Origin: the human T2T-CHM13v2.0 reference genome, Homo sapiens
Assembly: GCF_009914755.1 (NCBI RefSeq)
Contig: NC_060925.1
Reading direction: 5' to 3' (one strand)
DNA length: 64,000 bases
Made by a program: the position numbers and the translations under genes. Under the pieces are notes generated by a model. The model worked only from the letters and a program-made list of their open reading frames with translations. It did not search any database and was not told the DNA's origin. Positions 47,220 to 62,367 of the stretch are shown here, piece after piece (the stretch's first letter is position 1; each line of letters opens with the position of its first letter).

Positions 47220-49391
47220 CGCATGTTAGTTTATTCTTATTTATATTACACTAGTTAACAGATATACCAGAAGGTTACAGGATAGGTCAAAGAGCCCCTG
47301 CTACACTGAGGCACAGGAACATAGGTGGTCTTGATGTAAGGTAGACCTCCTAATATCATTAATGACTGATAACACTAAACTTCCTTTTCAGAGTCACATT
47401 CAGAGCCTTTTGTCCATTACCTATTGAACAGTGATTTCTGGTGTCCCAGATGGTACCAACAGCCATCTACTGCCCTCGGTAGGGGAGCTCTGGGAAGCAG
47501 AAGTAACTGGCTGGCATTTATAGTTGCCATCTGACTGTCAAATAGGTTTTCAGGAATTCATTATGTTAGAAAGCAGGGGACAGCTTGTACTACCTTCTCT
47601 AAAATGCATCCACCTTGAAAACGGATGATATAAGACTCATCCAAGCATTTATTGCCTACCATCTTAAAGCAGGGGGCCCCCATACTTTAGAGTTCATGAA
47701 TTAGCACAATGTTCATTTCTACGATCGTCTGAATACCCCCTAGGTTCTGTTCACAAGATTCTTCATGGAAACAACCATCTTCCCATCTAATTAAACTAGA
47801 AACCAAATTAAATTACTGTTACTATAAGCTTGGAAAATTTAAAGTTGGTCCCAAGAGTCACTGTAGGTTGGAAAAAAATCCAGTCATGAGAAACTTACAT
47901 GTTTAGTTACACACATGATCAAAAATAAAACACTGAAAAAACTAACACCTGCACTATTGCATGTGGGTCAGTTTTCCCAAGGCAAGGCCCAGCTTAAAAG
48001 CCACTTGCTGATGGCCTGACCCCATCAGGAGCAGCCTTTTTGACAAGCAAAGAAGGAAGTGAATTCAATGATGGCATTCTTCACATACCTGCCCTCTTTC
48101 AACAAATATGTCTGCATGCCTACCATGTGCTGTGATAATACATGCTCTGAGCTACTGAAGATTATAACCTATCAACAGGCATCTTATGTACAGAAATCTA
48201 AAAATAAAGGCTAAACATACTAGACTTTTAATCTACAGAAGTCAGCCTGTCACAATGAAAATAAAACTACAAAAGAACGTTAAGCCTAGCTCAGTAACTA
48301 ACTGGTTGGGAAGGTAAGCACAAATCATCTTATCTGTTGGGAATCCATTTCCTCAGGGGTAAAACTGAGAATTACAAAGGCAAGGCATCGGTGATCCCAT
48401 ACAGACTGCCCATCTAGGATTAGGCTTCCAAACTCCAGTGAGGCCTAGAACACAACCTGAGTGATGCTTTTGCAGGCAGGAAGAAAATCCTAACAGAATA
48501 TAGTTCTGTTAAATTAGGCACTGCTAGAATCATAAAACATGAGCCAGAAATAAGATCACAAATGTCCCAGTTCTCATGAAGTCTATTCTTGGAAATGAAA
48601 AAATTAACTACAAAATAATGTACAAGTTTCCAAATCTATTTAATTATTCAGAGTTTTCTGAGGGAGCATGATACAGAGGAGAGTACCAGGCTAATAATCA
48701 GTCAACCCAAATTTTATTTCCAGCTCTACAAAACGCTGCGTGAAATTGGGCAGCACAACCTGACATCATTACCGAAGTGCGGGGGCTAGAATGACAATCT
48801 TTCCAGTCTCTCTAAGCTTTAAAATTCTATGACTCATCAATAATTTAGCCACTCAGTTTGCTTTTCAACTGCTATGTATCTGGGTTTTTGTTGTTTTCGA
48901 GATCAGCTCCCTGCTCCACAATAAGCCAGTGTTCAAAGGAGAGGGGCAACAGCAACCTCCATGATTCAGATGCCTCAGCAACCCGGATACCCACCGAAAA
49001 GAAGCAAGGAGACCTCTGATGTCACTATCATGCATTAAAAATCTGTGCATTTGACTTCTAAGAGAAATTTGCAGACCATCACTCTAATTCAATTTATTAA
49101 ACCGGTTAGAATTGTCTAATATTAGAAATCTGCTTTCTCAGCATAGAGAGGAAGCAAATCAAATTTGAGGGTGATATATGTAGAGACAGACAGGGACAAC
49201 AGCAAGAGGAAGAGGATATTACAAGAGGAATTACAAAGGGAATATCATTTCTGCAGCAAAGAAGCAAACAGGCAGACAATGGCATTAAGTTTATAATCCA
49301 GGACATCTGAAATGGGAGAAGATAGCCCCACATATCTCAATAGCTCCTGTGGGTATTAAATGTCATACCACATTAAAATACTGTGAGTCAT

Positions 49392-50072
<681 letters not shown>

Positions 50073-51356
50073 GTCCTGGTATAGCATAATTTATTCTCTT
50101 CTTAGTGACCTAGGCTCATACTGTTGACCAAGAAGGCAGAGAAGTATATTAGAAAGATTTCCATTAAAAAAGCAAGCAAACAAAAAACCTTTGGCACTTA
50201 TAAAAGGGTAGGCTTAGTTTTTGAAAGTCACTTCCATGAAACAATTCATTTCTCAATAAATAGCTACATTTCATAATTTTTGCATTTAATTGTTATATCT
50301 TAGTTCATTTTAAAGAAAAGAAAGTGACAGAGAGATATGCTCCAGTTGCCAGCTGACTGAGCCGAGAGAACCATAAAGGCTTGCTGCTTCTCCCTTGGGT
50401 GTGGGCGCTAACCCCTTCCCCCATTCCCTCTGCTACAACCACACTGGCCTTCTTCCAGATCCTGGAGTATGCCAAGCTCTTTCTAGACCCAGGCCTTATG
50501 AACATGTTGTTCTCTCTGCCTGAGATACTCTTCCTGGCAAAATTCTATTCAAGTATCAGTTTAAATAATTTCTCAGTGAATCTTTCCTAATGCCCCAGAC
50601 TAAAAAAGACCTGTCAATTATTCCTGTGGTTACTATTTTTCTTCTTGGTAATTACTACATTTATAATTATATATCATTTAGTGCCATTTTCTCTATTGGT
50701 CCATAAAGTTCCATCAAGGCAGAGGTCTGGTGTTCTACACCAGTTCCCAGGACCTGATAAGTGCCTCATGTGTATAGGTGCTCGACAAACAACTGCTGAA
50801 TTAAAGAAAAACAATAATATTTAACCTTTACTAAGCACTTATTATATTAGTATTATATATTAAGGTACTCACTGTTAATTTATAAAGAAAGCAGCAGGCT
50901 CAGAGGCGTTAAGTAATTTGCTCAAAGTCAAAAAGTTGGTAAGTGGCAGAGCAAGGTTTCAATCTCATGTCTGTCTGACTCCAGACTACACATTTCATGA
51001 CTACTCTTTCTTCAGCATTGTGGGAGGCAAAAGTGATGAAGGACTCATAGTACAAGCTGGGCCCTACCTTTAAGGAGTTTATCATTTAGGGAGTAAAACT
51101 TCTATAAATGAAACTGAACACAAGACAGAAGTGTTGTATTACATGGCACAGTCCAAAATTATAGAAGAGAACAGGAAAAACTAACAAGGGCTAGAAGGGC
51201 ATTCAGACAGGAAGAAACCCATGAAAACAAAGATGGAGAAGCAACAGACCATATGGGGAGCTGAAGGGACTGGTTAGAAGATCACTTTAACTGGAACAGA
51301 GGGTTAATATAGGCCAGGAAGTGGTGAAATAGTAGGTTAAATAAATATGCACATAG

Positions 51357-51480
51357 GCCAGGTGTGGTGGCTCACACCTATACTCCTAGCACTTTGGGAA
51401 GCCCAGGCGGAAGGATCACTTGAGCCCAGGAATCCCAGACCAGCCTAGGCAGCATAGTAAGACCTCATCTCTATTTTTAA
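51357..51480 (+). mobile_element. FLAM
   Basis: Left monomer; TSD AATATGCACATA. Confidence 0.85.
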
Positions 51481-51793
51481 ATAATTGTTAAAAGTTTAAA
51501 AAAGCAATATGCACATAATAAAAAATAATTCCATCAACATTCTGGTCCGCTATTCTTTCAAGCAAAGTTCCTAAGAAGTACCTATCACATTTCACTAATA
51601 TTTCTTGAAACTTCACAGAGATCAGTAGAGTGCAAAGCTAACAGCAGCTGCTCAGTTAAAGAAAGGGGTGAAATATGCAAGGTGCTATTTCAGAGCTATC
51701 AACTTAAACCAGAGCCATTAACTCTTAACAAATTAAAGCTTAATGAAGGGGAAGAAAAATTGTTATTAAATTATAGTCTTTAAAAAATAATTT

Positions 51794-52116
<323 letters not shown>

Positions 52117-52129
52117 TCAACCTATTTAC

Positions 52130-52283
52130 TAGCCAGGCACAGGGATATGTGCCTGTAGTCCTAGCTACTGCAGAGGCTGAGGCAGGAGGATCACTTGAGC
52201 CCAGGAATTCAAGGTTACAACAAACCATGATTACACCCCTGCACTCCAGTCTGGGTGACACAGTAAAGACCATGTCTCTTAAA
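52130..52283 (+). mobile_element. Alu right monomer
   Basis: Right arm only. Confidence 0.8.
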
Positions 52284-52457
52284 TTTTTAAATTTTGTTTA
52301 AAATTTAAAATTTTGTTTTAAAACAAAACAAAAACTATTTAACCATATATGCTTGAAGCTATTATAACCAGATGACCAGGTATCTGATTACTGTTTTCTG
52401 ATTATTAATCTGATTATTTTCTTCTCTATCTCCCATAGCTTCAAGAAAGGCATTTTG

Positions 52458-52758
52458 GGCTGGGCGCGGTGGCTCACGCCTGCAATCCCAACACTTTGGG
52501 GCCGAGGTGGGTGGATCACGAGGTCAGGAGTTTAAGACCAGCCTGGCCAAGATGGTGAAACCCCATCTCTACTAAAAATACAAAAATTAGCCGGGTGTGG
52601 TGGCGGGCACCTGTAATCCCAGCTACTTGGGGGGCTGAGGCAGAGAACTGCTTGAGCCCCGGAGGCGGAGGTTGCAGTGAGCCGAGATAGTGCCACTGCA
52701 CTCCAGCCTGGGCAACAGAGCGAGACCCTGTCTCAAAAAAAAAAGAAAAAGAAAGAAA
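52458..52758 (+). mobile_element. Alu (S family)
   Basis: Dimer; TSD AAGAAAGGCATTTT. Confidence 0.95.
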
Positions 52759-52844
52759 GGCATTTTGAATAGATGATCTCTGCCTAAACCTATCTCCCAC
52801 CCTCCTCTTTTTTCATCCTGAGTCCAGTGATACAAGTAGTACAT

Positions 52845-53325
52845 TTTTTTTTCCTTTTAGATATGGGACCTCACTATGTTGCCCAGGCTGGCGTACAGTG
52901 GTTATTCACAGATGCGATCATAGTGTCCTATAGCTTTGAACTCCTGGGCTCAAGCTATCCTCCTGCCTCAGCCTTCCAAATAGCTGGAACTCTAGATGTG
53001 CACCACTACCTACCTCTAATAAATTTTTTTGTATTTTTGGAAGACAGTATCTCGCTCTGTTGCCCAGACTGGAATGCAGCGGCGCAATCATAGCTCACGA
53101 CAGCCTCAAAACTCCTGGGCTCAAGTGATCCCCTCACCTCAGACTCTTGTGTGGCTAGGGCTACCGGCATATGCTACCATACCAGGCTAATTAAAAAAAT
53201 TTTTTTATACAGATGGGGTCTCACTATGTTGCCCAGGCTGGTTTCAAACTCATGGGCTCAAGTGATTCTCTTGCCTCAGACTCCAAAAATCTTGGGATTA
53301 TAGGTGTGAGTCACCCTGCTTAGCC
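52845..53325 (-). mobile_element. Tandem FAM/monomer plus AluJ
   Basis: Two diverged reverse Alu units. Confidence 0.82.
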
Positions 53326-53519
53326 AGGGCTAATATGTCTTAATCCAGATGCAGTTCTTGTGAGTACCTATAATAATTCTCTAGAAATATTAGAGATATG
53401 AAAAAAATTAAGCACATGTACAAATATTTAAGCATCTAACTGGTAATGTGTCAGAAGCTTTGTAATGAAAATCATTACAAGAAATCCTCAACAAAAGAAT
53501 ATACACTAAATCCTGTACT

Positions 53520-53670
53520 ATCTTCACAATGACCCTAAGAGGTAGTATTAGTACTCCCATTTCATAGATGAAAAATCTAAGGTTCAGAGAGGTTAATTTG
53601 TCCATGGTCACCACTGAAGTTTGAATCCAGATCTAATACCTGAGATCCTGTTCCCCCAAACTACTGCCTC
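53520..53670 (-). mobile_element. MIR fragment
   Basis: CCCATTTCATAGATGAAAAATCTAAGGTTCAGAGAGGTTAA. Confidence 0.65.
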
Positions 53671-55537
53671 AAACCATCATCAATTATATTAACAAAAGTT
53701 TGACATAATCACAAAGGCTTAAAAAAAGAAGAAAACCACTACATACACGTCTTACATTTCTGCCAATCTTGACTCACTTTAATTCTTGCCACCCCCACCC
53801 AAGCCTGTCATCCAACTCTGCCAAGTGATAAACCAAACGCATTTATGCCTCATCCGTCTGCTTTAATACACATGCTCCTCAGGGTTTGGCTCAAGGGCTG
53901 TATCTATCAGGATCACCTGGCTGACAAGCAGGCCCTGTGGGGGCTGTGACACATCAGCAGGTTTATTAAGGAATTATACAAATCATACTCATACGGTACT
54001 TCAAGGTTTCAAAATATTTTCACATATATCTTCCCTTCAAAACTTCATGATAATCCTCCATTTTATGTGATGGGAAACTGAGGCCTAGAAAGGCTAGTTG
54101 AGCTCTGTTGAGGGTACTATGACCTTGAGAAAAAGAGTAGAATTCACAACTATATTACTTATAACTGGGATCTCATAACTTTGCCTTATCCCTAAAGCAA
54201 ATGCATTGATTTCAACACTCCTATGAAACACTTCCAAATGCAGCACCATGTTGGGACATCTGTGTTCTACTCCCAGCTCTTGGCCAGTAAGCAAGTCAGC
54301 CAGCCGCATCAGCAAAAGGGCTCTGACCAGCTAATCGGCCCAATAATCCATGATTCAAACCATTAAGCACATTATCAGCAAGAGTTCAACCTTATCCTTG
54401 TTCACAAATGTTCAGAAAAATCTGTTCATAGGCATCACTGTCTTACAGCTCCTGGCTTCCTCATGCCTTGGCTCACATTCTTCTTCAACCAGGTCCAGAA
54501 GTTTAGGAGTGCTTTTTGGAAACGTTAGCACTTCAAGTATAAAGGATGGTCTGCCTCACCTTCTGTTCTGCTTTCCTCTGGGACCTTCACATCCAAGACC
54601 AAAGCAATGGCCGGCCTCTGAAAGGGGAACTCTTCTTGGCTCCCCATTTCTACCTCTGGTTCCTCCAGCTCTAGCCTCATGTCTAGCACTATCTGTTAAA
54701 ACTCTCTCTTTCACAAGTAAGTCCTTTTGCCAAACTCACTACCCACGCCCCTCCTCTCTTTCCATCCCCCACAAAAGAGCTATCTTTTTTTTAACTTCCC
54801 TATATGTTTTCCTGGAAACCTTAGTCATACTCCCCATCAACTACCTCACCCTAAAATAAAGTTTCTGTTGACCATCCCTTGAACATATCTTGGATTTTCC
54901 TACTTCCTTCGTGCCGTTACAGATCTCCCTAAAAATCACCTCCACTTTGATTCTCTCTTCAGCCAGAGGGCTTTCCCAGAACACTGCACTGCAGTGGTCA
55001 AGCCTTCTTCCAAACTCCCAGTGAAACATCTCTGAACACCTAAATCCTTAAGATAGCCCCAGTGCTTTGCTTTGTTTATGCACAGGTCTGGACTCCACTC
55101 AGTACATGGCAGGCAGCTCAGTAAGTGTCTAAATGAATGACATCTATATAGTACTTTACCTTTAACAAAACACGTTGATAAAACTTCTCATTTGACCCTC
55201 CAAACAATCCTAAGAGCTGCTGCTCTAGTTTAAAAAACAACTGTAAAGACCACTGAAGTTAAGTGATTTTCCATAATCACACAGCTATGAAGCAGCAGAG
55301 CCAGGACCCAAATCTGGGTATTGAGACATCTCTTTGAGATTTTGTATACAACATATTTATGTTTTGAATCCTTTGTGACAAATAGCAAATACTAGATAAA
55401 AATGATTTGAACTAACTTGTCTGGGAATTATTGAAGTTAATACAAATTTTCCTTCCCAGTTCAATTTCTCCTGGTCCTTCAGAGCAATTGTACTGTGGAA
55501 CCAGACTTGCAAACTGGCTTCAGTACAATATTAGAAA

Positions 55538-55551
55538 GTGTGTGTGTGTGT

Positions 55552-55595
<44 letters not shown>
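55538..55595. repeat. (TG)n(CG)4 compound microsatellite
   Basis: Uninterrupted alternating purine-pyrimidine tract. Confidence 0.97.
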
Positions 55596-57375
55596 TTTAG
55601 GACATACAGGAAGACTAAAATGCTTATCCAAAGCAAACATAAGACGGATAGTATTCATAAGCCAGAGAAGGAACATACATACGTTTTCTTCTGATAAAAA
55701 TAAATCAAGCCAATTAATCACATATAAGTTTCTACATGTGAATATATTTATGGTAAGCTGACCATCTATTTTCAAACACACAGGCAGCCAGGATGAAGAA
55801 AAAAAGCCCCAGTTTTGGCAGAGTACTATAGGAAAGGGAAAAAGAAAAATGAATTTACTGCTATCTGTTGGGTTTGCTTTTGGACTATTCAAGCTAGTAG
55901 CTTTTATTAGCATTAGATTTTTCAGCCAACAAGGAACAAACGGTAAAATATTACCCCCAAAATAAAAGAGAAAAATGTCTTTCATAACTACATGAAAAAA
56001 AGTACTCCTGCTATCTTTAAGAACATGCATATTTCACTGAAGCAAGTTCTGGAGGTGGTAGTAAAACACCCCTAAATGTGAAATCCATGCTATGTTCAAG
56101 TTTGACTGGGAAGTCAAACAGCCACAGTTTGCTTCTAAATTTGGAATCAGCCAGGAAAACATTTGTGATCACAACCTCTGGCCTCTCCCATATGAATCAT
56201 AGAATTTTTGAAAGAAATTTTAAAGCTAGTCCAAAACTTCTTGTGCTGTAGATGAGGAATCGAGGGCCAGAGACTAAAACACAAAACAGAAAATAAGTTA
56301 CATTCACAGAAAACTTCCTCGGCAAAACACGACAGGTTCTGAGTGGAAGGATTTTGTTTTTACTGTGGTTTCCTGAGATTGAGATTGGGGATAGAGAAGG
56401 AAAAACAGCCTCCATCTTTCACCTAAAAATTTTCATAGGTATGAGGAATCTGTCATGAACATTCATTCAACCAAACTATCTCAAAGCAACATATTACTAA
56501 CCCAACTTTGACTGCAGTCACCATTGAAACAAGAACAAAAAAGCTGCCTAGAACTGACTGAAATTGATCAGCTTGTTCTTCAAGCCCCATTAATCCTCAA
56601 ATCCACCTGCATACAAATCACTGAGACCACATAGTGGGAAGAACAAGTTTTCACCAAGTTTTTAAAAATAGAAGTAAAAGATGCAATAAAAACACTGATG
56701 ACAAAAGGAGAGAAAGGGAACTGAAACTTGTAGAAATCTACAAATGCAGTATCTAGTTCATAATATTGTCAGAGCCATTGCCACAGTTTTGTTGTTTCTA
56801 GAAAAGCTGTATTTTAAATTACATGTCAAATGTGATGGCTTTGTCTGCCTTAATATTAGCTCCTAATTATATAAAATATCTGAGCCTCATTTCTGCAGCC
56901 TCAAAACATAGTTCACTTTCTGTAAAAAAAATTGAGGGGTAGGATTAGGTAGGAAGGAGGGAGAAGAACAAACGTTACTCCCCCGTCCTGACCATTACAA
57001 CTTGGTGCTAAGCACTGCCCAGCATGTGATGGTCACACAAGGGTAACAGGCCAACTGGGACAAAGTTGGGGAACGCAGACTCTGCAGTCACCCACTGAGA
57101 ACCCAATGCCTGTTGACGAGAGTTGACTGGAAACTGGCAGAGTGCAGAAGAAACTGCTAATAGTATCTGTGACCCTGACATGAAAGATCTGATCAAAACA
57201 GCAGGATAGAAAGCCTATTATTGTTGTTAATAATCACAAAAAGAAAATAGCCATTAGAAATTGAACAGAACATAAGCCTTCTTCCAATTATTTCCACAAG
57301 CAGACATGAGACTCAGATTTCTAATTAAAAATCACTGTGCACAGAGCCAAACATTTGAGTCAGCAGAGAACTTAC

Positions 57376-58140
57376 CTAATTGTTAACACTGCATTCCCTT
57401 GGAGCCATCTGTCATACCTGGCTAGCTTTCTACTCTCATCCCAACCAAACTTCAGATGAAGACTAACCTTTCCCCAGATAAATTACATTTCATCAAATCT
57501 GCTGATACTTCTTACTGAAATATCCAATGCATAAGTCATTTTAACATCCCTCTAGGGGCTAAAGGTCTGACTATACATTGCATGAGAGAGGACTCTTCAT
57601 GAAGGTTTCGCTCACTCTGCTCAACCAGGACCAAGAAGGAGATCCTACAGAGTTCCTACTCCTTGATTCAAAGCTGAATGGAAGAAACAGAACTCAAGAG
57701 ACTATTAAATAAGCTAGACGGCTGGGGGTGCTAGGGAAGGCAGGATGAAGAGAGGCCAAGTATTGGAAGAAATGAGGCAGTTAGGAAGTTCCGGGGCATT
57801 AAAGGACTGACCTTCAGACTTCCGGGTGTTACAAAGGTCTGGCGATTCACAACAACAGGCCGAGGTCTTCAGCGGCAGCTCCCTGAAGCCTCTGACAGGC
57901 ACACTCAGTCCTGTCAGCTTGGACTCAACCCTGCCAGCGCCAGCAAACAAACACACGCATTCTTCCCAGAGCTGACACCCCATACAACACGGCCTCTCTA
58001 CAGGGCCTGTTTATTTAAGGAACCAGATGCTTTAAAGTTGGAGTAGAAGTTGGGAAGTTATGTTTACAGAAGTAGTTAGTGACAGGAGCAGAGGGAGGAC
58101 AGAAAATAAGCAAGAGTTCCTGGCTTTATTCATCATAAGT
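57376..58140 (-). other. SORT1: Probable alternative non-coding first exon/promoter of SORT1 (5' boundary uncertain)
   Basis: Consensus donor AG|GTAAGT at 57375 in repeat-free DNA with ETS/FOX/ARE motifs; recalled RefSeq variant starting in intron 1 that initiates at Met137. Confidence 0.5.
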
Positions 58141-58494
58141 TTAAAAAGTTTTAAGGAAATTGTCAAATGGTCTGTACACAGGAATGAGAAGTAAGGAAAT
58201 TATGTCAGCCACCACCACAACTCTGGCCAAGGCATTTCATCTGTTCCTTTAAGACAGTTTCATGCCTACCCTCAAAGGGGTGCTTACAGCAGAAATGTTT
58301 TGAAGCAATCCAACTTAGTAACCAACAATAAAGTCTTCTAGGCCTGCTCAATTTCACGCATGTACAAAGGTTATACATGTCATGAATACTCCAAGCAGCT
58401 GAAGGAAAGAATCAGTTAAAAATGTGGCATGAAAACAGTTTTGAGTTCCAGGCAAAAGGAAGATTATTGAGTCTAAGAAGAGAGCATTTATAAA

Positions 58495-58880
58495 TGATAG
58501 CTAATTGCTGAGTGCTAATTATGTGCCAGACATTCTTCTAATGAGTTATTACATATGTATAGATTATACAACACAATGTGATATGTTGTAATACATACTA
58601 TAACTCATTACAAATACAATATTACATATGCATATATTATGTAATACAAATATATATTTATACAATAATATACATATACGTATATATTATGTATATATAA
58701 TTTAACACACACTCATTTAATTCTCACAACCACCCTACAAATTAAGTGCTCTTATCTTCACTTTACAGATTAGGAACTGAGACACAGAAAACTTAAGTAA
58801 CTCACCCAGGATCACACAGTGACATGGCCAGGGTTCAAATGCAGACAGTCCAGATAAGGCAGTGCTATACCACCTTACCA
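58495..58880 (-). mobile_element. MIR interrupted by AT-rich low-complexity tract
   Basis: CACTTTACAGATTAGGAACTGAG...AAGTAACTCACCCAGGATCACACAG. Confidence 0.65.
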
Positions 58881-59993
58881 TGGTAAGTCAAACCCTTAGA
58901 ACAAAATTAGGGAGCATAATTTTTGGAAAGTTATAACTATTTATCTTTCTCCTTCGTTTTCTTGTCATCCCTTTTGTTTGTTTTTTTAGTAATAGCCAGT
59001 ATTTTTTATTTCCACTTTCCCATGAGTCTATTATAGCTAACTTGTAATACTGTAACTAGAAAGGAAAATGTTTTCCTCTCCTGCCTCAACTCCTAAAATA
59101 AAGCACTTAATCATTAGGACTTCTATGTGAAAAAATATATGCTGTGTGTAATAAACCCAATGCACTTTAAATATATTTTAAATTAATAGATTGAAAAGAA
59201 ATGATATGAGAAAAAAAACCTTAGAGAGAAAAAGGGAGGCTTGGGCAAAGAGAAAAACCTGCTGGATTTCATGGACAGAGAAGCCTGAGTGGTCATCAGG
59301 ACACCGGTCTCCTTAAACCGTAATATAAACGCACTATTATGCTTTAGCTTTACCGTGCTTTCTTGAGAAGACAGGTTAAATGCTAATATATCCTCATAAG
59401 CCACAGACACAGGTCTAGTAGTTTGCTATAACCTTCTGAGGCTTTTCATTCTCCAGTCTGAATGATCTTTTCTTTGTATCTTGGCACCCCAGCATCTAGC
59501 ACAGATCTAGGCATTTGGAGGGCATTCACATACATTGATGATGTGAATTAATGTGGCTTGAAATGAAACAGGACCAAGTTAAAAGAAACAAGAGAACCAT
59601 GAACTTTTGCTTTTTCTTGGGACTCGAATCCTGTCATGTTATGTAGGAAAAATGATTCTACATGTACCTTCCTTCCCCAGTTGTACAAAGTACAATATCT
59701 CTGATAAAAAGTTGTTCTGTCATGCTGATGCTTTTATTTCACACTGTTTTATAAACGGTCCAAAAATACTAGATCTCTTCAATACAGTTCAGGATTTTTT
59801 ATGACTTCTAAAACCAAATAAATAAACAGAAGAACAGGCTACTACATAACAATTCTTGGTTAAGAAGTACTACTTAACCATTTTTAAGGTAAATGATATT
59901 AAACAAAGGCTCCACTTTTTTTTTTTTTAACCAGATACAGAAAGGATGAGATCTCTGAAGAAGAGACCACGGATGACTAACAAACGCAAAAAC

Positions 59994-60305
<312 letters not shown>

Positions 60306-60570
60306 TAGCTATTTTAAATAAGGTCACTGAAAAAAAGACTGGGAGAGAAAAACTAAAAAAAAATTATTGCAAACAGCTAAATGAAAGAAATAGAAGAAAA
60401 TTTCTTTACATGTGGACTTCAAAGAATGAGTGGTTTTAGGTCTACTCTTCCACAGATTTGGCCTTAGAACCCCTGAGCCAGTTTTTTCAACCTCTTTCTT
60501 TGGAATCAATATATTACAAATGACACATCAATTCAAACTAACCAGGAAGACTCTGACTCAAGGAATAAAT

Positions 60571-60982
<412 letters not shown>

Positions 60983-62367
60983 CAGGAGTAAATCTAAATC
61001 CAGGAGTAGCAGCAGACCTAAAGTTAGGTCAACCAGCGAGAGAAGAATTTGAAATATGGAGCAAGAATGCTGTGACCAGCTAGCTCAAGGAAGGAAGTGG
61101 TCCAGTATAAATTAAGCATTAGTGTTGTAAAGCCTTTCTCAATCCCCCACTGTGAGAAGGAAGTCTATTCGATTTTTTTTTCTCATCAAGTAGGAAGACT
61201 TCCCAGTACTCATTCTACCCAACCTGTCTCACCCTCCAGCACTAGCTTGGCTACCTTTACACAGCTGCTGCTCGGGATACACTAAGCACAATTATTCCTG
61301 AATATTTGTGTCTTGTGTCCTCAGATCAGAGAATTCTATTACAGGTAACAAGTATGGTCCAGATAACCAGGCAGTCCAAAGGGAGACTGAGGCTTGGCTG
61401 ACGCTGAAAAACGGTTACAGAAGGACAAGTGCTGGCACAGAGCCTTGGCCACCCATCTCTGCCCCCAAGTGCAATTCATTTTCTTTGAAAGAGGAAAACA
61501 GGCAAGGGAGAAAATATATAGAATTGAAAATACATTATGCAAATGTGGCTAGCAAGGATTAAATTGTTAATTTTAGAGAAATAGGAGAAAGATGCCCAAG
61601 TTGTGCTGAAGCAAGGAACCAGGACTTTCTTAATAATTAGTTTTGTCAGTCCAGTAGTGTGCAAAGGTTGAGCTGCTTGTCCCCAGGGACAGAAATCCCA
61701 TAATTTTGAAAGTCTTTTGACCAAGAGCTGGCTCAAAGCAGAATATGTGCAATGCGTTTCTTAACTATTGAAAATCTTGTCACCACGGGATATAGACATG
61801 CTAGTCAGACTTCCGTACCATGACAGAAGGTCAAATCTGAAGCAGTAAAAGAGATCACATAAATATTGCCATCTCATTTCCAAGCTAGTCCCCTTAACTA
61901 TTAAAACACGGTGACCAGATCGCTGCTTCGGGCCTCCTGAACTCCCGCCTCTCCCACCCGGAAAGTACTGACCCAGAGAGGACACACCTTTGCTTCTGCG
62001 CAGCCCAACTTCTGCAAGCGCTCAAGAGTTAATTACTCCTTCACCTTCCTGGGGCCTAACAGCGTTACTGGGTCCTGATTATTTATACAGACGAAAAACG
62101 ATGTTCAAGAGATTTTGACAACTTAAAAAAAAAAAAAAGAATGCGGTGGAAGTCTAAGATTGCCTCCCCTATGACAAAACACAGCCCCGCCGGCCGCCCG
62201 GGCCCGACTCCGCCCGCCCGCCCGCCGCAGTTTCGGGGCTGCGGCCCGGGGGACGCGGGCGCGGCAGGGCTGGGGTCTCCTCCGGGAGTCGCGGGGCGCA
62301 CGGGCCGGGAGGGGCACGCGGGCGGCACCTCGCACCCGAGCGGCTCCCGGGCCCGGCGCCCGCTCAC

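Noticed and set aside
52280-52335. AT-rich palindromes such as TTTTGTTTTAAAACAAAA
   Set aside because: Low-complexity decay of an Alu tail
54094-54859. 169-aa plus-strand ORF as a possible processed pseudogene
   Set aside because: No recognisable homology, poly-A or TSD; a BLAST search would be needed to exclude it fully
55431-56030. 183-aa ORF and VCVC/HTHT ORFs
   Set aside because: Driven by the microsatellite and low-complexity sequence
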